Assembly: GCA_002438785.1 (NCBI GenBank)
Contig: DJQS01000011.1
Span: 94,888 to 158,887 of the forward strand
Length of the DNA: 64,000 nt
Source of the DNA: Bacillales bacterium UBA6380
GTDB taxonomy: Bacteria; Bacillota_I; Bacilli_A; RFN20; CAG-826
Reading direction: 5' to 3'
Within the stretch, counting starts at the first letter, position 1, and the number at the start of each line of letters is the position of its first letter. Below the pieces are notes generated by a model. It saw nothing but the letters and a program-made list of their open reading frames with translations, did not search any database and was not told where the DNA came from. Shown here piece after piece: positions 36,866 through 47,131 of the stretch. The translations under genes and the position numbers were made by a program.

Positions 36866-38554
36866 ATGGTAATGAAAATAGCAAATAATCCGATAAAAAT
36901 TTATGCTTTAGGTGGCTTAGGTGAAGTTGGAAAAAACACATATTGTATTGAAAGTGAAAGACATTTAATTATTATCGATGCTGGCGTGAAATTTCCTGAA
37001 GATGATTTAGTTGGCGTTGATTATGTTATACCAAATTATACTCATTTAAAAAATAATCAAGGTAAAATTCGTGCATTATTTATAACTCATGGTCATGAAG
37101 ACCATATTGGTGCTATCCCATTTTTAGTAAAAGCCATTAAGGTTCCAGTAATTTATGCACCTAAACTTGCTGCTGCTTTAATTCGCCAAAAATTAGAAGA
37201 AAAGAAATGTAAGGAAAAAGTTAATATCGTTGAATACGATGAAAATTCAAAAATTGTTGCAGGCGAATTTAATGTAAGTTTTTTTAGGGTAACACATTCT
37301 ATTCCAGATTCTTTTGGTATATGTGTTGATACTAGTGAAGGTAGAATCGTTACTACAGGTGATTTTAAAATTGATTTAACTCCAGTTGGTCCTGATATAC
37401 AACTTGCAAAAATGGCAGATATTGGTGAAGAAGGCGTTGATTTATTATTAGCCGATTCAACTAATGCTGAAAAAGAAGGTTGGACACCTAGTGAAAGAAA
37501 TGTCATTAATTCTATTAATGAAATTTTTGATAAAGCTCCTGGAAGATTAATCATTTCTACTTTTAGTAGTAATGTATCTCGTATTCAGCAAATTGTTGAA
37601 TCAACCATTTTACATCATCGTAAACTTGTCGTTGTTGGACGAAGTATGGTCAATACATTAGAATATGCTCGTAAATTTGGTTATATTAAAATTCCTACTT
37701 CTATTTTAAAAACCGTGGAAACAATGCATGATTGTAAAGATAACGAAATGGTCATTTTATGTACCGGTAGTCAAGGTGAACCAATGGCTGCATTAAGCCG
37801 AATTGCTAATGGTACATTCAAAAATCTTCATATAATACCAGGTGATACTGTTGTTTTTTCAAGTTCTCCAATTCCTGGAAATGGTGCTAGTATCAATAAA
37901 GTCGTTAATTTATTGACTAGATTTGGTGCTGATGTTATTACAAATAGTGTCTTTAGTGAAATTCATTCTAGCGGTCACCCATCTAGAAAAGAACTTCAAT
38001 TAAATTTAAAATTATTCAATCCTAAATATTTTATGCCAGCTCATGGTGAATATCATATGTTAAAACTTCATGCTGATCTCGCTAAAAATATTGGTATTCC
38101 TAGTGAAAATATTTTCGTTTTGGGGAATGGTGATACATTAGTTCTAAGTAACCATAAAATTACTGATGGTGAAAGAATTTTAGCTGATGATGTCTATATC
38201 GATGGTAATGACATTAATGGCGTTTCTACTGCTGTTATTCGTGACCGTAAAATTCTTCAAGATGATGGCATGGTTAGTGTTTTAGTGTGTTTAGATAGTA
38301 AACAAAATAAATTGGCAGCTAAACCAAAAGTTATAACTTGTGGTTTCGTTAGTAATGGTGCTGCTGAATCACATCTAACTCGTCACGCGGCAATTCAAGT
38401 GGAAGATGCTTTAAATCAAATCCTTAATAAAAATGCTAAAGTTACTTTTGGCGATATTAAAAACGCTATACGTAGTGTTGTTAGTAAATATTATTTTAGA
38501 AAAACACAACGTAACCCAATGATAATTCCATTAGTTATGAATTATCATAACTAA
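36866..38554 (+). CDS. rnj: ribonuclease J
   Basis: Metallo-beta-lactamase HGHEDHIG, a beta-CASP region and ~560 aa. AAGGAG lies upstream. Confidence 0.92.
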   Translation: MVMKIANNPIKIYALGGLGEVGKNTYCIESERHLIIIDAGVKFPEDDLVGVDYVIPNYTHLKNNQGKIRALFITHGHEDHIGAIPFLVKAIKVPVIYAPKLAAALIRQKLEEKKCKEKVNIVEYDENSKIVAGEFNVSFFRVTHSIPDSFGICVDTSEGRIVTTGDFKIDLTPVGPDIQLAKMADIGEEGVDLLLADSTNAEKEGWTPSERNVINSINEIFDKAPGRLIISTFSSNVSRIQQIVESTILHHRKLVVVGRSMVNTLEYARKFGYIKIPTSILKTVETMHDCKDNEMVILCTGSQGEPMAALSRIANGTFKNLHIIPGDTVVFSSSPIPGNGASINKVVNLLTRFGADVITNSVFSEIHSSGHPSRKELQLNLKLFNPKYFMPAHGEYHMLKLHADLAKNIGIPSENIFVLGNGDTLVLSNHKITDGERILADDVYIDGNDINGVSTAVIRDRKILQDDGMVSVLVCLDSKQNKLAAKPKVITCGFVSNGAAESHLTRHAAIQVEDALNQILNKNAKVTFGDIKNAIRSVVSKYYFRKTQRNPMIIPLVMNYHN

Positions 38555-38559
38555 TTATT

Positions 38560-39123
38560 ATGATAATTCTAGGTAGTTCTTCTCCTCGAAGAATTGAATT
38601 AATAAAGACATTGACTAATAATTTTAAAGTCATTAAACCCCTTTTTGATGAATCAACATTAGACAAATCTAGTTTCTTTTACTTACATAAAATTAGTCGT
38701 TATAAATTAAAATCTATTCTTAATTTGATTAATTATGATGATTTTGTGATATGTTTAGATACTGTTATTAAATTTAAAAATAAAATTTTAACTAAACCAT
38801 TAAATAAACTAGAAGCAATAAATGACTTAAGACTACTATCTAATAAAAAACATTTAGTTATTACAAGTGTTACTTATAAATATAAAAATAGAATACATAC
38901 TAAATTAATAAAAACTAAAGTTTATTTTAATAAATTAAGTAATGATGATATATTAACTTATTTAAACGAAGTCTATGTTTATGATAAAGCTGGTTCTTAT
39001 GCTATACAGGATAAGTCCAGTATTAATCTAATTAAAAAAATAAAGGGGAGCTATACTAATGTAATTGGCTTCCCTATTGAATATATCGAAAAATTATTTA
39101 AAAAATATAAATTAATTAATTAA
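38560..39123 (+). CDS. maf: Maf-family nucleoside triphosphate pyrophosphatase
   Basis: ILGSSSPRR N-terminus and KAGSYAIQ motif. Confidence 0.85.
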   Translation: MIILGSSSPRRIELIKTLTNNFKVIKPLFDESTLDKSSFFYLHKISRYKLKSILNLINYDDFVICLDTVIKFKNKILTKPLNKLEAINDLRLLSNKKHLVITSVTYKYKNRIHTKLIKTKVYFNKLSNDDILTYLNEVYVYDKAGSYAIQDKSSINLIKKIKGSYTNVIGFPIEYIEKLFKKYKLIN

Positions 39124-39900
39124 TTAATTAATAAAAGCATCATTTAATTTATTAACGTATGTTAAATAAGTAGATTTAAGTACTTTAATTTTTTTATTTG
39201 TTAATGAAATTTTAATATCTTTATTAAAATTTCTAACTTCATAAACTAGATTATCATAATAAATGTTAAAATTAGGAAAAGAAAATCGATCTAAGACAAT
39301 ATAATTATTCTTATCAAGAATAATTGGAGAATTAATTGCATTATAGCAGCGATTAATAATAGGTGTTTTTTCAATTAATTGCATTACTTCTAATCGATGA
39401 TCAATCAAACTTCCTCCAAGTCCACGACTAATCCCACTACTTCCTAAACTAGTTGAAATAACAACGCCATCTCCATTAAGCTTTTCTAAATAATCATCAT
39501 TTATATTAATATCAAATCTAATTGAAGCACCATTAATACTTTCAATTCTAATCTCATTTAAAGCATAAAAAATCTCATCATTAATAGTAAAACTTAATAA
39601 AGGATAATAAAATAAATTAGATTCATCAAAATTATTAATTAAATCTAAAATATAATTAAAATCACCATAATTAAATTCACATAAAAATCCTAAATTTCCT
39701 TCATTAATGCCGATAAAAATTGGATTAGCATTTAAATACGAATGGACAGTTTTTAAAAAAGTCCCATCTCCCCCAATGCTAAAAACAAATTCTGGATTAA
39801 TTTCATCAATAACGTGACCCTCATTAATTAATAAATCAATTATCTCTTCACTAATTTTTAAGCATCGCGCTGTCTCTTTATGTTTTACATAAAATCTCAT
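39124..39900 (-). CDS. nadK: NAD kinase
   Basis: GGDGTFL motif. ~258 aa. Confidence 0.88.
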   Translation of the reverse strand: MRFYVKHKETARCLKISEEIIDLLINEGHVIDEINPEFVFSIGGDGTFLKTVHSYLNANPIFIGINEGNLGFLCEFNYGDFNYILDLINNFDESNLFYYPLLSFTINDEIFYALNEIRIESINGASIRFDININDDYLEKLNGDGVVISTSLGSSGISRGLGGSLIDHRLEVMQLIEKTPIINRCYNAINSPIILDKNNYIVLDRFSFPNFNIYYDNLVYEVRNFNKDIKISLTNKKIKVLKSTYLTYVNKLNDAFIN

Positions 39901-39962
39901 AGTTATTACCTTTAAAAAAACTTATAATTATTGTATCATATTTTATAGGAGAATTAATAGAT

Positions 39963-40544
39963 ATGGCAACAAATATTGAAATTGAAGCAAAGGTATTAAT
40001 TAGTAAAGAAGAGTACTTAAAAGCTATTAAATTTTACAAAAAAGAAAACGTAACTAAAATTAACCAAACTAATTATTATATTGATACAGATGATTTATAT
40101 TTAAAGAAATTTGGAATTTTATTACGTATTAGAGAAAAAGGCTATTTTGTAATGAACTTAAAAGCTCCATTAGCCGAAGGATTATTAGAAAAGAAAGAAT
40201 CAATCACTAAAGAACAATACGATGATTTTAAAAATAAAGGAATTTTTCCTACTAGTGACATTAAAAGTTTTTTACAAATGCTTGGAGTTGATGTTAATAA
40301 ATTAAAAATTCAAACCTCCTTATTCACTGAAAGAACAGAAATTGATAATTATGAAGGTGGTGAAATTTTCTCTATTGATAAAAATACATATAATGGAATC
40401 ACTGACTATGAGCTTGAAATGGAAGGAAATTCATTATCTAGAGCTAAAAATGCTCTTAAAGAAAAATGCTTAGAATTAGGAATTCCGTTTATTATCAATG
40501 AAAAATCTAAGCAAGTTCGTGCAATGGATACAATTAAAAAATAA
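39963..40544 (+). CDS. CYTH-domain protein (triphosphate tunnel metalloenzyme)
   Basis: N-terminal EIEAKVL motif, alternating charged beta-strands, 193 aa. Confidence 0.75.
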   Translation: MATNIEIEAKVLISKEEYLKAIKFYKKENVTKINQTNYYIDTDDLYLKKFGILLRIREKGYFVMNLKAPLAEGLLEKKESITKEQYDDFKNKGIFPTSDIKSFLQMLGVDVNKLKIQTSLFTERTEIDNYEGGEIFSIDKNTYNGITDYELEMEGNSLSRAKNALKEKCLELGIPFIINEKSKQVRAMDTIKK

Positions 40545-40561
40545 TTAATTACAATTATAAA

Positions 40562-40585
40562 AAGAAACTCATTCAAGAGTTTCTT
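40562..40585. terminator. bidirectional hairpin terminator
   Basis: AAGAAACTC-ATTCAA-GAGTTTCTT with T-runs on both strands, between convergent genes. Confidence 0.8.
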
Positions 40586-40596
40586 TTTTTATGTAA

Positions 40597-41037
40597 TTAT
40601 TTAATAAATAATGAGTTATCTTTTTGACAATTTGGACAATCTTCACAATGCTCAAATTTAGGACAATTACGACTACTGATACGTCTAGCTGCTGGTATAA
40701 AAGAACGAATCTCTTCTTCATTATAGCCAACCTGAATCTTACGATCATCAACCATAATAGGTCTTTTTAAACAACTTGGATTCTTTTTAATAAAATCAAT
40801 TAATTCATTAACAGTCATACTATCAATATCAATGTTACCTTCTTTTATAATGTTACTCCTTTTAGAAATAATATCATCAGTACCATTTTCAGTTTTTGAT
40901 AATATATCTTTTAATTCTTCAGGATTTAAAACGGAGGTAAAAATATTTTTTTCAACGTAAGGGATTTTTTGCTCATCAAACCATTTTTTAACCTTACGAC
41001 AACTTGAACAGCTAGGTGAAGTATATATTCTAATCAT
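40597..41037 (-). CDS. spx: Spx/ArsC-family redox-sensing regulator with an extra Cys-rich tail
   Basis: MIRIYTSPSCSSCRK carries the N-terminal CxxC. The C-terminus adds CPKFEHCEDCPNC. Confidence 0.85.
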   Translation of the reverse strand: MIRIYTSPSCSSCRKVKKWFDEQKIPYVEKNIFTSVLNPEELKDILSKTENGTDDIISKRSNIIKEGNIDIDSMTVNELIDFIKKNPSCLKRPIMVDDRKIQVGYNEEEIRSFIPAARRISSRNCPKFEHCEDCPNCQKDNSLFIK

Positions 41038-41060
41038 TAAAGTTATCCTCCTTATTCATT

Positions 41061-41705
41061 TTACTTTAAAAAATTTAATAATTCATTAAACTTTTCAATC
41101 TTAAATCCAACAATTTTGTTTTTATTTTCTAAACTGCAATAGCCATATTCACAAAAACAAAAATCCATTTTAATGTTAATACTTGTTAAAAAGTCAACAT
41201 AACCATCACCAACATATAGACCATTAATTGGTGCTAAATCATATTTATCAAGAATTAATCTTAATAAAGTCACATCTGGTTTTGGAGGGAAATTATCATC
41301 TTGTCCTTGCAAATGTAAAAATTTAACTTCACTTAATTTATTTGAGATCAATTTTTGCAATAAAGCATTTGGCTTATTAGAATAAACAATAATTTTAATT
41401 CCCATTTTATTTAAAGTTAATAAAGTTTCTTTTACTCCATCATAAGGAATACTAGAATATTGATTTTCTTCATAAAATTTTAAGAATTCTCGATACTCTT
41501 TTTCTAATTTACCATCAAAGTCTTCTTTATGAACTAAACATAAAAATAGCCTTCTAGCTCCTCGACCAATAAAAGATTTTACTTGTTCTTCACTATAAAA
41601 ATAAGGATAATTAAATGCTTTTAAAAATAAATTGCTAGCTTTAGTTATTCCAATTAAAGTATTAATTAGAGTTCCATCTAAATCTAATACAACAAAATCT
41701 TTCAT
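41061..41705 (-). CDS. HAD-superfamily hydrolase (phosphoglycolate phosphatase-like)
   Basis: DLDGTLINT motif I and GD..D motif IV. Start at MKDF (ATG 41703-41705), 5 nt after GGAGG. Confidence 0.75.
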   Translation of the reverse strand: MKDFVVLDLDGTLINTLIGITKASNLFLKAFNYPYFYSEEQVKSFIGRGARRLFLCLVHKEDFDGKLEKEYREFLKFYEENQYSSIPYDGVKETLLTLNKMGIKIIVYSNKPNALLQKLISNKLSEVKFLHLQGQDDNFPPKPDVTLLRLILDKYDLAPINGLYVGDGYVDFLTSINIKMDFCFCEYGYCSLENKNKIVGFKIEKFNELLNFLK

Positions 41706-41727
41706 TTTTACCTCCATATAGAGACAA

Positions 41728-41750
41728 AAAGGAGGAAATCATCCTCCTTT
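41728..41750 (-). terminator. intrinsic terminator closing the ribosomal/alpha operon
   Basis: AAAGGAGGA-AATCA-TCCTCCTTT. On the minus strand it is followed by TTGTCTC after the U-rich stem end. Confidence 0.7.
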
Positions 41751-41768
41751 AAAATATTATTTATACAA

Positions 41769-42164
41769 TTAATCAGCTAATACTAATAATCTTACTGGAG
41801 CGTTATCGCCTTTTCTATTTTCAAGTTTCAAAACTCTTAAATATCCACCATTACGACTACTAAATCTTTTAGCTAAATCATTAAATAATTTATCTAATGC
41901 ATCAACATCGCTATTTAAGTGATATTTTCTAAGAACACTTGCGGCAAGTCTTCTACTATGTAAATCACCTTTTTTAGCATAAGTTACTAAACGATCAAAA
42001 GTTTTAACAACATCTTTAACCATACTTCTAGTAACAACAACTTTTTCAAAAATAACGAGTTCTGTACAAAGATTTCTTACTTGAGATTTTTGTTTACTTG
42101 AGGTATAAGGGGTCTTAAATCTAACACCACCCTTACCATGTACATTTTTTCTACCAATTTGCAT
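41769..42164 (-). CDS. rplQ: 50S ribosomal protein L17
   Basis: Position after rpoA and L17-like sequence (LFNDLAKRF..RNGGYLRVLKL). Confidence 0.93.
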   Translation of the reverse strand: MQIGRKNVHGKGGVRFKTPYTSSKQKSQVRNLCTELVIFEKVVVTRSMVKDVVKTFDRLVTYAKKGDLHSRRLAASVLRKYHLNSDVDALDKLFNDLAKRFSSRNGGYLRVLKLENRKGDNAPVRLLVLAD

Positions 42165-42183
42165 ATATATCTCCTATAATCGA

Positions 42184-43173
42184 TTAATCTTCTTTAGAAT
42201 CTCTAAATGATAAACCTTTTTCTTCTAGTTTATCCTTAACTTCTTTAAGAGATTTTTTACCTAGATTTCTAATTTTCATCATTTCAGCTTCACTCTTTTG
42301 AGTTAACTCTAAGACATTAGAAATACCTGCTCTTTTTAAGCAATTGTAACTTCTAATGCTTAAATCAAGGTCTTCAACTGAAAGATTTTCAAATGTTTCT
42401 TCTTTAGCTTTTTCAACATCTTTAACTAAACCGACTTCTTCAAATTTATCATTATCTAAATCAAGGAAGTTATCTAGATAAGAAATAAGAATTTTACTAG
42501 CTAAACTTATTGCATCTTTAGGAGAAATTGAACCATTTGTCCAAACTTCTAAAGTAAGCTTATCATAATGAGCATCATGCCCAACACGAGTAGGCTCAAC
42601 AATATAATTAACTTTAGTAACGCTAGAGAAATTACTATCGGTAGCAATACCATGTAATGGTAATTTATTTAAAGTTTTATTTTGCTCACTTGTAACATAT
42701 CCTCTACCATTTTTAATATGTAGAGTCATTTTCAAATGTCCACCTTCTGCGACATGAGCAATAACTAAATCTTTATTGACAACTTCAAGTCCGGTAGGAA
42801 GTTCAATATCACTAGCTAAAAATTCTTTAGGTCCATGAATATCAACTGTTGCTGTATAATCTTCATCACCAATAGTATCAGATTTTAGAATTAAATCTTT
42901 TAAATTTAAGATGATTTGAGTTAAATCTTCTTCGATGCCTTCTAAAGCAGTAAATTCGTGAACTGCACCTTCAACCTCAACACAGTAAACACTAGTACCA
43001 GGTAAACTAGAAAGTAACACACGTCTTAGTGCATTTCCTAAAGTTGTACCAAATCCTCTTTCAAGAGGTTCACAGACGATTCTAGCATAATTTTCACTAG
43101 AATCATTAACTGTCATATTGAAAGAACATCTTTCAAAAGGACGAGCAATTTTTACTTCATTATTATTTTCCAT
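42184..43173 (-). CDS. rpoA: DNA-directed RNA polymerase alpha subunit
   Basis: GFGTTLGNALRRVLLSSLPG motif and a C-terminal domain (SVRSYNCLKRAGI-like). Confidence 0.96.
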   Translation of the reverse strand: MENNNEVKIARPFERCSFNMTVNDSSENYARIVCEPLERGFGTTLGNALRRVLLSSLPGTSVYCVEVEGAVHEFTALEGIEEDLTQIILNLKDLILKSDTIGDEDYTATVDIHGPKEFLASDIELPTGLEVVNKDLVIAHVAEGGHLKMTLHIKNGRGYVTSEQNKTLNKLPLHGIATDSNFSSVTKVNYIVEPTRVGHDAHYDKLTLEVWTNGSISPKDAISLASKILISYLDNFLDLDNDKFEEVGLVKDVEKAKEETFENLSVEDLDLSIRSYNCLKRAGISNVLELTQKSEAEMMKIRNLGKKSLKEVKDKLEEKGLSFRDSKED

Positions 43174-43196
43174 TTTCTAGCCTCCTATAATAGTTA

Positions 43197-43586
43197 TTAA
43201 CCGTGTGGATGTTTTGGTGGACGGCAACCATTATGTGGAATAGGTGTAGTATCAATAATTGATGTAATGGTTAATCCAGCATTAGCTAAAGCTCTAATTG
43301 CGCTTTCTCTACCAGCACCTGGACCCTTAACATCAACATCAACAGACTTAATACCTTGTTCGACAGCAGCCTTTCCAGCCGCTTCTGCAGCACTTTGAGC
43401 AGCAAAAGGAGTTGATTTCTTTGCACCTTTAAATCCTAACACACCAGTACTAGACCAAGCAATTGCATTACCTTTTTCATCAGTAATAGTAATTATTGTG
43501 TTATTAAAGGTTGCATGAATATGAGCAACACCTTTCGTAAAAGCTCTTTTAATTTTCTTTTTACGAGTAGTTTGTTTATTAGCCAT
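43197..43586 (-). CDS. rpsK: 30S ribosomal protein S11
   Basis: [18 protein letters not shown], typical of S11. Confidence 0.96.
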   Translation of the reverse strand: MANKQTTRKKKIKRAFTKGVAHIHATFNNTIITITDEKGNAIAWSSTGVLGFKGAKKSTPFAAQSAAEAAGKAAVEQGIKSVDVDVKGPGAGRESAIRALANAGLTITSIIDTTPIPHNGCRPPKHPHG

Positions 43587-43601
43587 ATTAATTTACCTCC
43601 T

Positions 43602-43976
43602 TTATTTAACTGCTTCTTTCTTATTAGCAATTGTCTTACGTGGACCTTTACGAGTTCTTGCGTTAGTCTTGGTTCTTTGACCTCTAACTGGGAGTCCTCT
43701 TCTATGACGAATGCCTCTATAGCAGCCAATTTCTTGAAGCCTTTTAATATTCATTAAAACTTCACGTCTAAGATCACCTTCAACTTTGAAGTGACTTACT
43801 TCATTTCTAATTCTTGTTAATTCATCTTCGCTTAAATCTTTGACTCTTTTAGAGCCATCAACTTTAGCAAGTTCAACAATCTTTTTTGCACTTGATAAAC
43901 CAATACCATAAATATAGGTTAATGAATAAGCTACTGCTTTATCATTTGGAATATCAACACCGACAACACGTGCCAT
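43602..43976 (-). CDS. rpsM: 30S ribosomal protein S13
   Basis: [13 protein letters not shown] start. Confidence 0.96.
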   Translation of the reverse strand: MARVVGVDIPNDKAVAYSLTYIYGIGLSSAKKIVELAKVDGSKRVKDLSEDELTRIRNEVSHFKVEGDLRREVLMNIKRLQEIGCYRGIRHRRGLPVRGQRTKTNARTRKGPRKTIANKKEAVK

Positions 43977-43994
43977 ACTACATTTTCCTCCTAA

Positions 43995-44108
43995 TTAACC
44001 TTGTCTTTGTTTGTGTTTTGGATTAGAACAAATAACCATGACTTTACCATGTCTTCTAATAACCTTGCATTTGTCACAAATAGGTTTTACTGAGGGTCTT
44101 ACTTTCAT
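43995..44108 (-). CDS. rpmJ: 50S ribosomal protein L36
   Basis: Not in the ORF track. My own translation is [37 protein letters not shown]. Confidence 0.95.
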   Translation of the reverse strand: MKVRPSVKPICDKCKVIRRHGKVMVICSNPKHKQRQG

Positions 44109-44123
44109 AATGTTACCTCCTAA

Positions 44124-44342
44124 TTACTTATGTCTAAAGACGATTCTGCCATTGTTTAAATCATAAGGCGATAATTCGATGGTAACTTTATCACCAGGTA
44201 AGATGCGAATGTAATGCATTCGGATTTTACCTGAAACAGTGGCATGAATTACTACATCGTTTTCTAGTTTTACCTTAAAATTACAATTTGGTAAAGCTTC
44301 TACAACTACCGCCTCTACGGTTATAACATCTTGTTTTGCCAT
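44124..44342 (-). CDS. infA: translation initiation factor IF-1
   Basis: 72 aa. [13 protein letters not shown]...GRIVFRHK. Confidence 0.96.
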   Translation of the reverse strand: MAKQDVITVEAVVVEALPNCNFKVKLENDVVIHATVSGKIRMHYIRILPGDKVTIELSPYDLNNGRIVFRHK

Positions 44343-44351
44343 TAATGTCTA

Positions 44352-45113
44352 TTATTCTCCTTTTTTTAAAGTAATGATTTCATAGCCATCATCCGTAACT
44401 ACGACCGTATTCTCGTAGTGGCTACATATTTTACCATCACAAGTCTTAGTTGTCCAACCATCATCCATAATTTTTACATCTTTCTTTCCTAAATTAACCA
44501 TAGGTTCAATCGCTAAAGTCATACCTTTAACAATTTTAGGACCAGTATGTGGTTTTCCAACGTTAGGAATAAGTGGATCTTCATGAACTTCACGTCCAAC
44601 TCCATGACCACCAAATTCATCAGTTAAGCTATATCCAAAGCTTTCTACATATTTCTCAATAGCATTGGAAATATCACCTATTCGATTGTTAGGTTTAACT
44701 TCCTTGACCCCAACAAAGAAAGCTTCTTCGGTAACTTTAATTAAATTTAGTGCTTCTTCGCTAACTTTTCCGACTGGATAAGTACGACAAGCATCTGCAG
44801 TATAACCATTTTTAGTTACAAGCACATCATAACTTACGATATCTCCTTCTTTTAAGATAATCTTTTTAGAAGGAATGCCATGAACTAAAGTATCGTTAAC
44901 TGAGACACAGATTTCCCCAGGATAGCCTTCATAATTCTTACAAGATGGTATCGCTCCACGAGAGCGAATAAAATCTCCTGCAATTTTAGCTAATTCCCAC
45001 GTAGATTTACCAGGAAGCGTATTTTCTTTCAAGATGTCGAATAAATCAATAATAATCTTCCCAGCATCTTTTATTAAAGCAATCTCACGGGGAGATTTAA
45101 TAATGATACTCAT
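44352..45113 (-). CDS. map: type I methionine aminopeptidase
   Basis: IKSPREI start and metal-ligand motifs (D..., HGVG, EPM). Start moved to MSIIIK (ATG 45111-45113). Confidence 0.93.
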   Translation of the reverse strand: MSIIIKSPREIALIKDAGKIIIDLFDILKENTLPGKSTWELAKIAGDFIRSRGAIPSCKNYEGYPGEICVSVNDTLVHGIPSKKIILKEGDIVSYDVLVTKNGYTADACRTYPVGKVSEEALNLIKVTEEAFFVGVKEVKPNNRIGDISNAIEKYVESFGYSLTDEFGGHGVGREVHEDPLIPNVGKPHTGPKIVKGMTLAIEPMVNLGKKDVKIMDDGWTTKTCDGKICSHYENTVVVTDDGYEIITLKKGE

Positions 45114-45120
45114 TAATAAA

Positions 45121-45768
45121 TCACCCAATAAGTGCAATAATATCACTCATAATTTTATCTAAAGGCAATGTACCATCAACTTCATGAAGTAAATTAGCCT
45201 TAGAATAAAATTTAACTAATGGAGTTGTGTTATGATGATATTCACTTAAACGAGCCTTTAAAGTCTCTTCATTATCATCCTTTCTTTGAATAAGCTCACC
45301 ACCACATAAATCGCATACACCCTCAACTTTAGAAGGCATATTTTTAATATGATAAGGGGCCCCACAACTTTTACAAACTCTTCTACCAGTAATGCGCTCT
45401 ACAAGAACACTTTCTGGAACAACTATATTTATTACATAATTAATTGGCCTAGATAATTCTTTTCCAATTTCTTCTAAAGCTTCAGCTTGAGGAATCGTTC
45501 TAGGAAAACCATCTAATAAAAAGCCATCTTTACAATCATCTTTAGATAATCTTTCTTTTACTAAGCCAATCGTTACTTCATCAGGAACAAGAAGTCCTTG
45601 AGAAATATAAGAATTAGCTAGTTCACCTAACGAAGTCTTATTTTTAATCGCTTCCCTAAACATATCACCAGTTGAGATATGTGGAATATGATAATAAGCA
45701 CAAATTTTCTTAGCATTTGTTCCTTTACCAGCTCCTGGAGCTCCAAGTAAAATAATACTTTTTAACAT
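45121..45768 (-). CDS. adk: adenylate kinase (zinc-lid type)
   Basis: GAPGAGKGT P-loop and a CxxC...CxxC lid. Terminates with TGA. Confidence 0.96.
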   Translation of the reverse strand: MLKSIILLGAPGAGKGTNAKKICAYYHIPHISTGDMFREAIKNKTSLGELANSYISQGLLVPDEVTIGLVKERLSKDDCKDGFLLDGFPRTIPQAEALEEIGKELSRPINYVINIVVPESVLVERITGRRVCKSCGAPYHIKNMPSKVEGVCDLCGGELIQRKDDNEETLKARLSEYHHNTTPLVKFYSKANLLHEVDGTLPLDKIMSDIIALIG

Positions 45769-45770
45769 CT

Positions 45771-47105
45771 TTACATTCCTCCGATAACTTCATCATAGCT
45801 TTTTCCAGCAATAAGACCATTAATTTGGTTATTGATTTCAAGAGCAACACCAACAACAATAATCAAACCGGTTCCGCCAATTGCTAAAGAAGAATTTTCT
45901 TTAAATACAGTTAAAGATAAAACAACAGGTAATGCTGCAACAAACATCAAACTGATAGCTCCAATAAATGTTACTCTATTAAGCACTTGCTTAACATAAC
46001 GTGCTGTTTCATTTCCAGGTCTAATTCCAGGGATATAACTGCCGTTTTTTTGGAAATTATCAGCCATTTGATCTGGATTAATTTGTAAATTGGCATAAAA
46101 ATATGTAAATAATAAAATTAATACAAGATATATAATTAATCCCCAAGGAATCATTACTCCACCAGTGTTATATAATTGATTATATTGAAAGATTTTCAAC
46201 CATTCAGCATTTGCTGCATCACTTGAAATAAAACTTGCAATAACACTAGGAGCCATCAAAATTGAACTGGCGAAAATTACAGGAATAACACCAGCGCTAT
46301 TAATTTTAATAGGTAAGAAACTTGCCTTAGACATTTTTTCACTACCACCACTACGAGTTGCATGTTGAACAGGAATTTTTCTTTTTGCAAGTTCAATAAA
46401 GACTACAAATGCAATAATAGCAACTAAACTAGCTACATATAATAAGAATTTAAATACACCACTCATTGCTTCAATACTGCCCATATTCCAGGAATTTAAA
46501 ATCCAACTAGTAAAAGCAGTATAAATTTGAGTAGGTAAACTACTAACAATACCAGCAAAAATTATAATTGAAATACCATTACCAATTCCTTTTGAAGTAA
46601 TTTGATCACCAAGCCACATAACAAGCATAGCTCCAGCAACCATAACAGTTACAACATAAGCATAATTAATAAAATTTTCTTCAAAAGTAAATGTAATCCA
46701 ATCAGTATTTTTTGCAGTTTGAATAATACCATAAGCTTGTACAGCAGCAAGCATTAACGTTAAATAACGCGTTGCCATCTCAATTTTTTTACGTCCATAT
46801 TGACCTTGCTTATTAAGTTCACTTAAAGCAGGAAGAACATCCATACTTAATAATTGAATAATAATTTGTGCTGTAATATATGGAGAAACACCTAAAGCAA
46901 AAATTGAGAAATTCTGTAAAGCGCCACCTCCAAGTAAATTCATTAAAGCAAATATATTATTTGAAGAATCTAATGTATCTTCATTTACTTGGATACCTGG
47001 AGCAGTAATTGCTGCTCCGATTCTAAAAACAAATAAAATCATAATCGTAAAAAATATACGACCAACGACTTCTTTGTTTTTAAAAATCTGCACTAACTTC
47101 TTCAT
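45771..47105 (-). CDS. secY: preprotein translocase subunit SecY
   Basis: 444-aa ten-TM protein in the canonical rplO-secY-adk position. Confidence 0.96.
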   Translation of the reverse strand: MKKLVQIFKNKEVVGRIFFTIMILFVFRIGAAITAPGIQVNEDTLDSSNNIFALMNLLGGGALQNFSIFALGVSPYITAQIIIQLLSMDVLPALSELNKQGQYGRKKIEMATRYLTLMLAAVQAYGIIQTAKNTDWITFTFEENFINYAYVVTVMVAGAMLVMWLGDQITSKGIGNGISIIIFAGIVSSLPTQIYTAFTSWILNSWNMGSIEAMSGVFKFLLYVASLVAIIAFVVFIELAKRKIPVQHATRSGGSEKMSKASFLPIKINSAGVIPVIFASSILMAPSVIASFISSDAANAEWLKIFQYNQLYNTGGVMIPWGLIIYLVLILLFTYFYANLQINPDQMADNFQKNGSYIPGIRPGNETARYVKQVLNRVTFIGAISLMFVAALPVVLSLTVFKENSSLAIGGTGLIIVVGVALEINNQINGLIAGKSYDEVIGGM

Positions 47106-47131
47106 AATTTTTCTTTAATACAAAGAATATT

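Noticed and set aside
37153-37554. 133-aa minus-strand ORF
   Set aside because: It is antisense to the metallo-beta-lactamase domain of RNase J, and the rnj frame is unambiguous.
40569-40751. 60-aa minus-strand ORF overlapping the spx 3' end
   Set aside because: It is in a different frame of the same strand as spx and runs through the terminator hairpin. No RBS is present.
43493-43757. Track ORFs 43493-43729 (-) and 43515-43757 (+), overlapping rpsK and rpsM
   Set aside because: They lie out of frame or antisense within unmistakable S11 and S13 genes. They have low-complexity translations and no RBS. They are artefacts of the biased composition.
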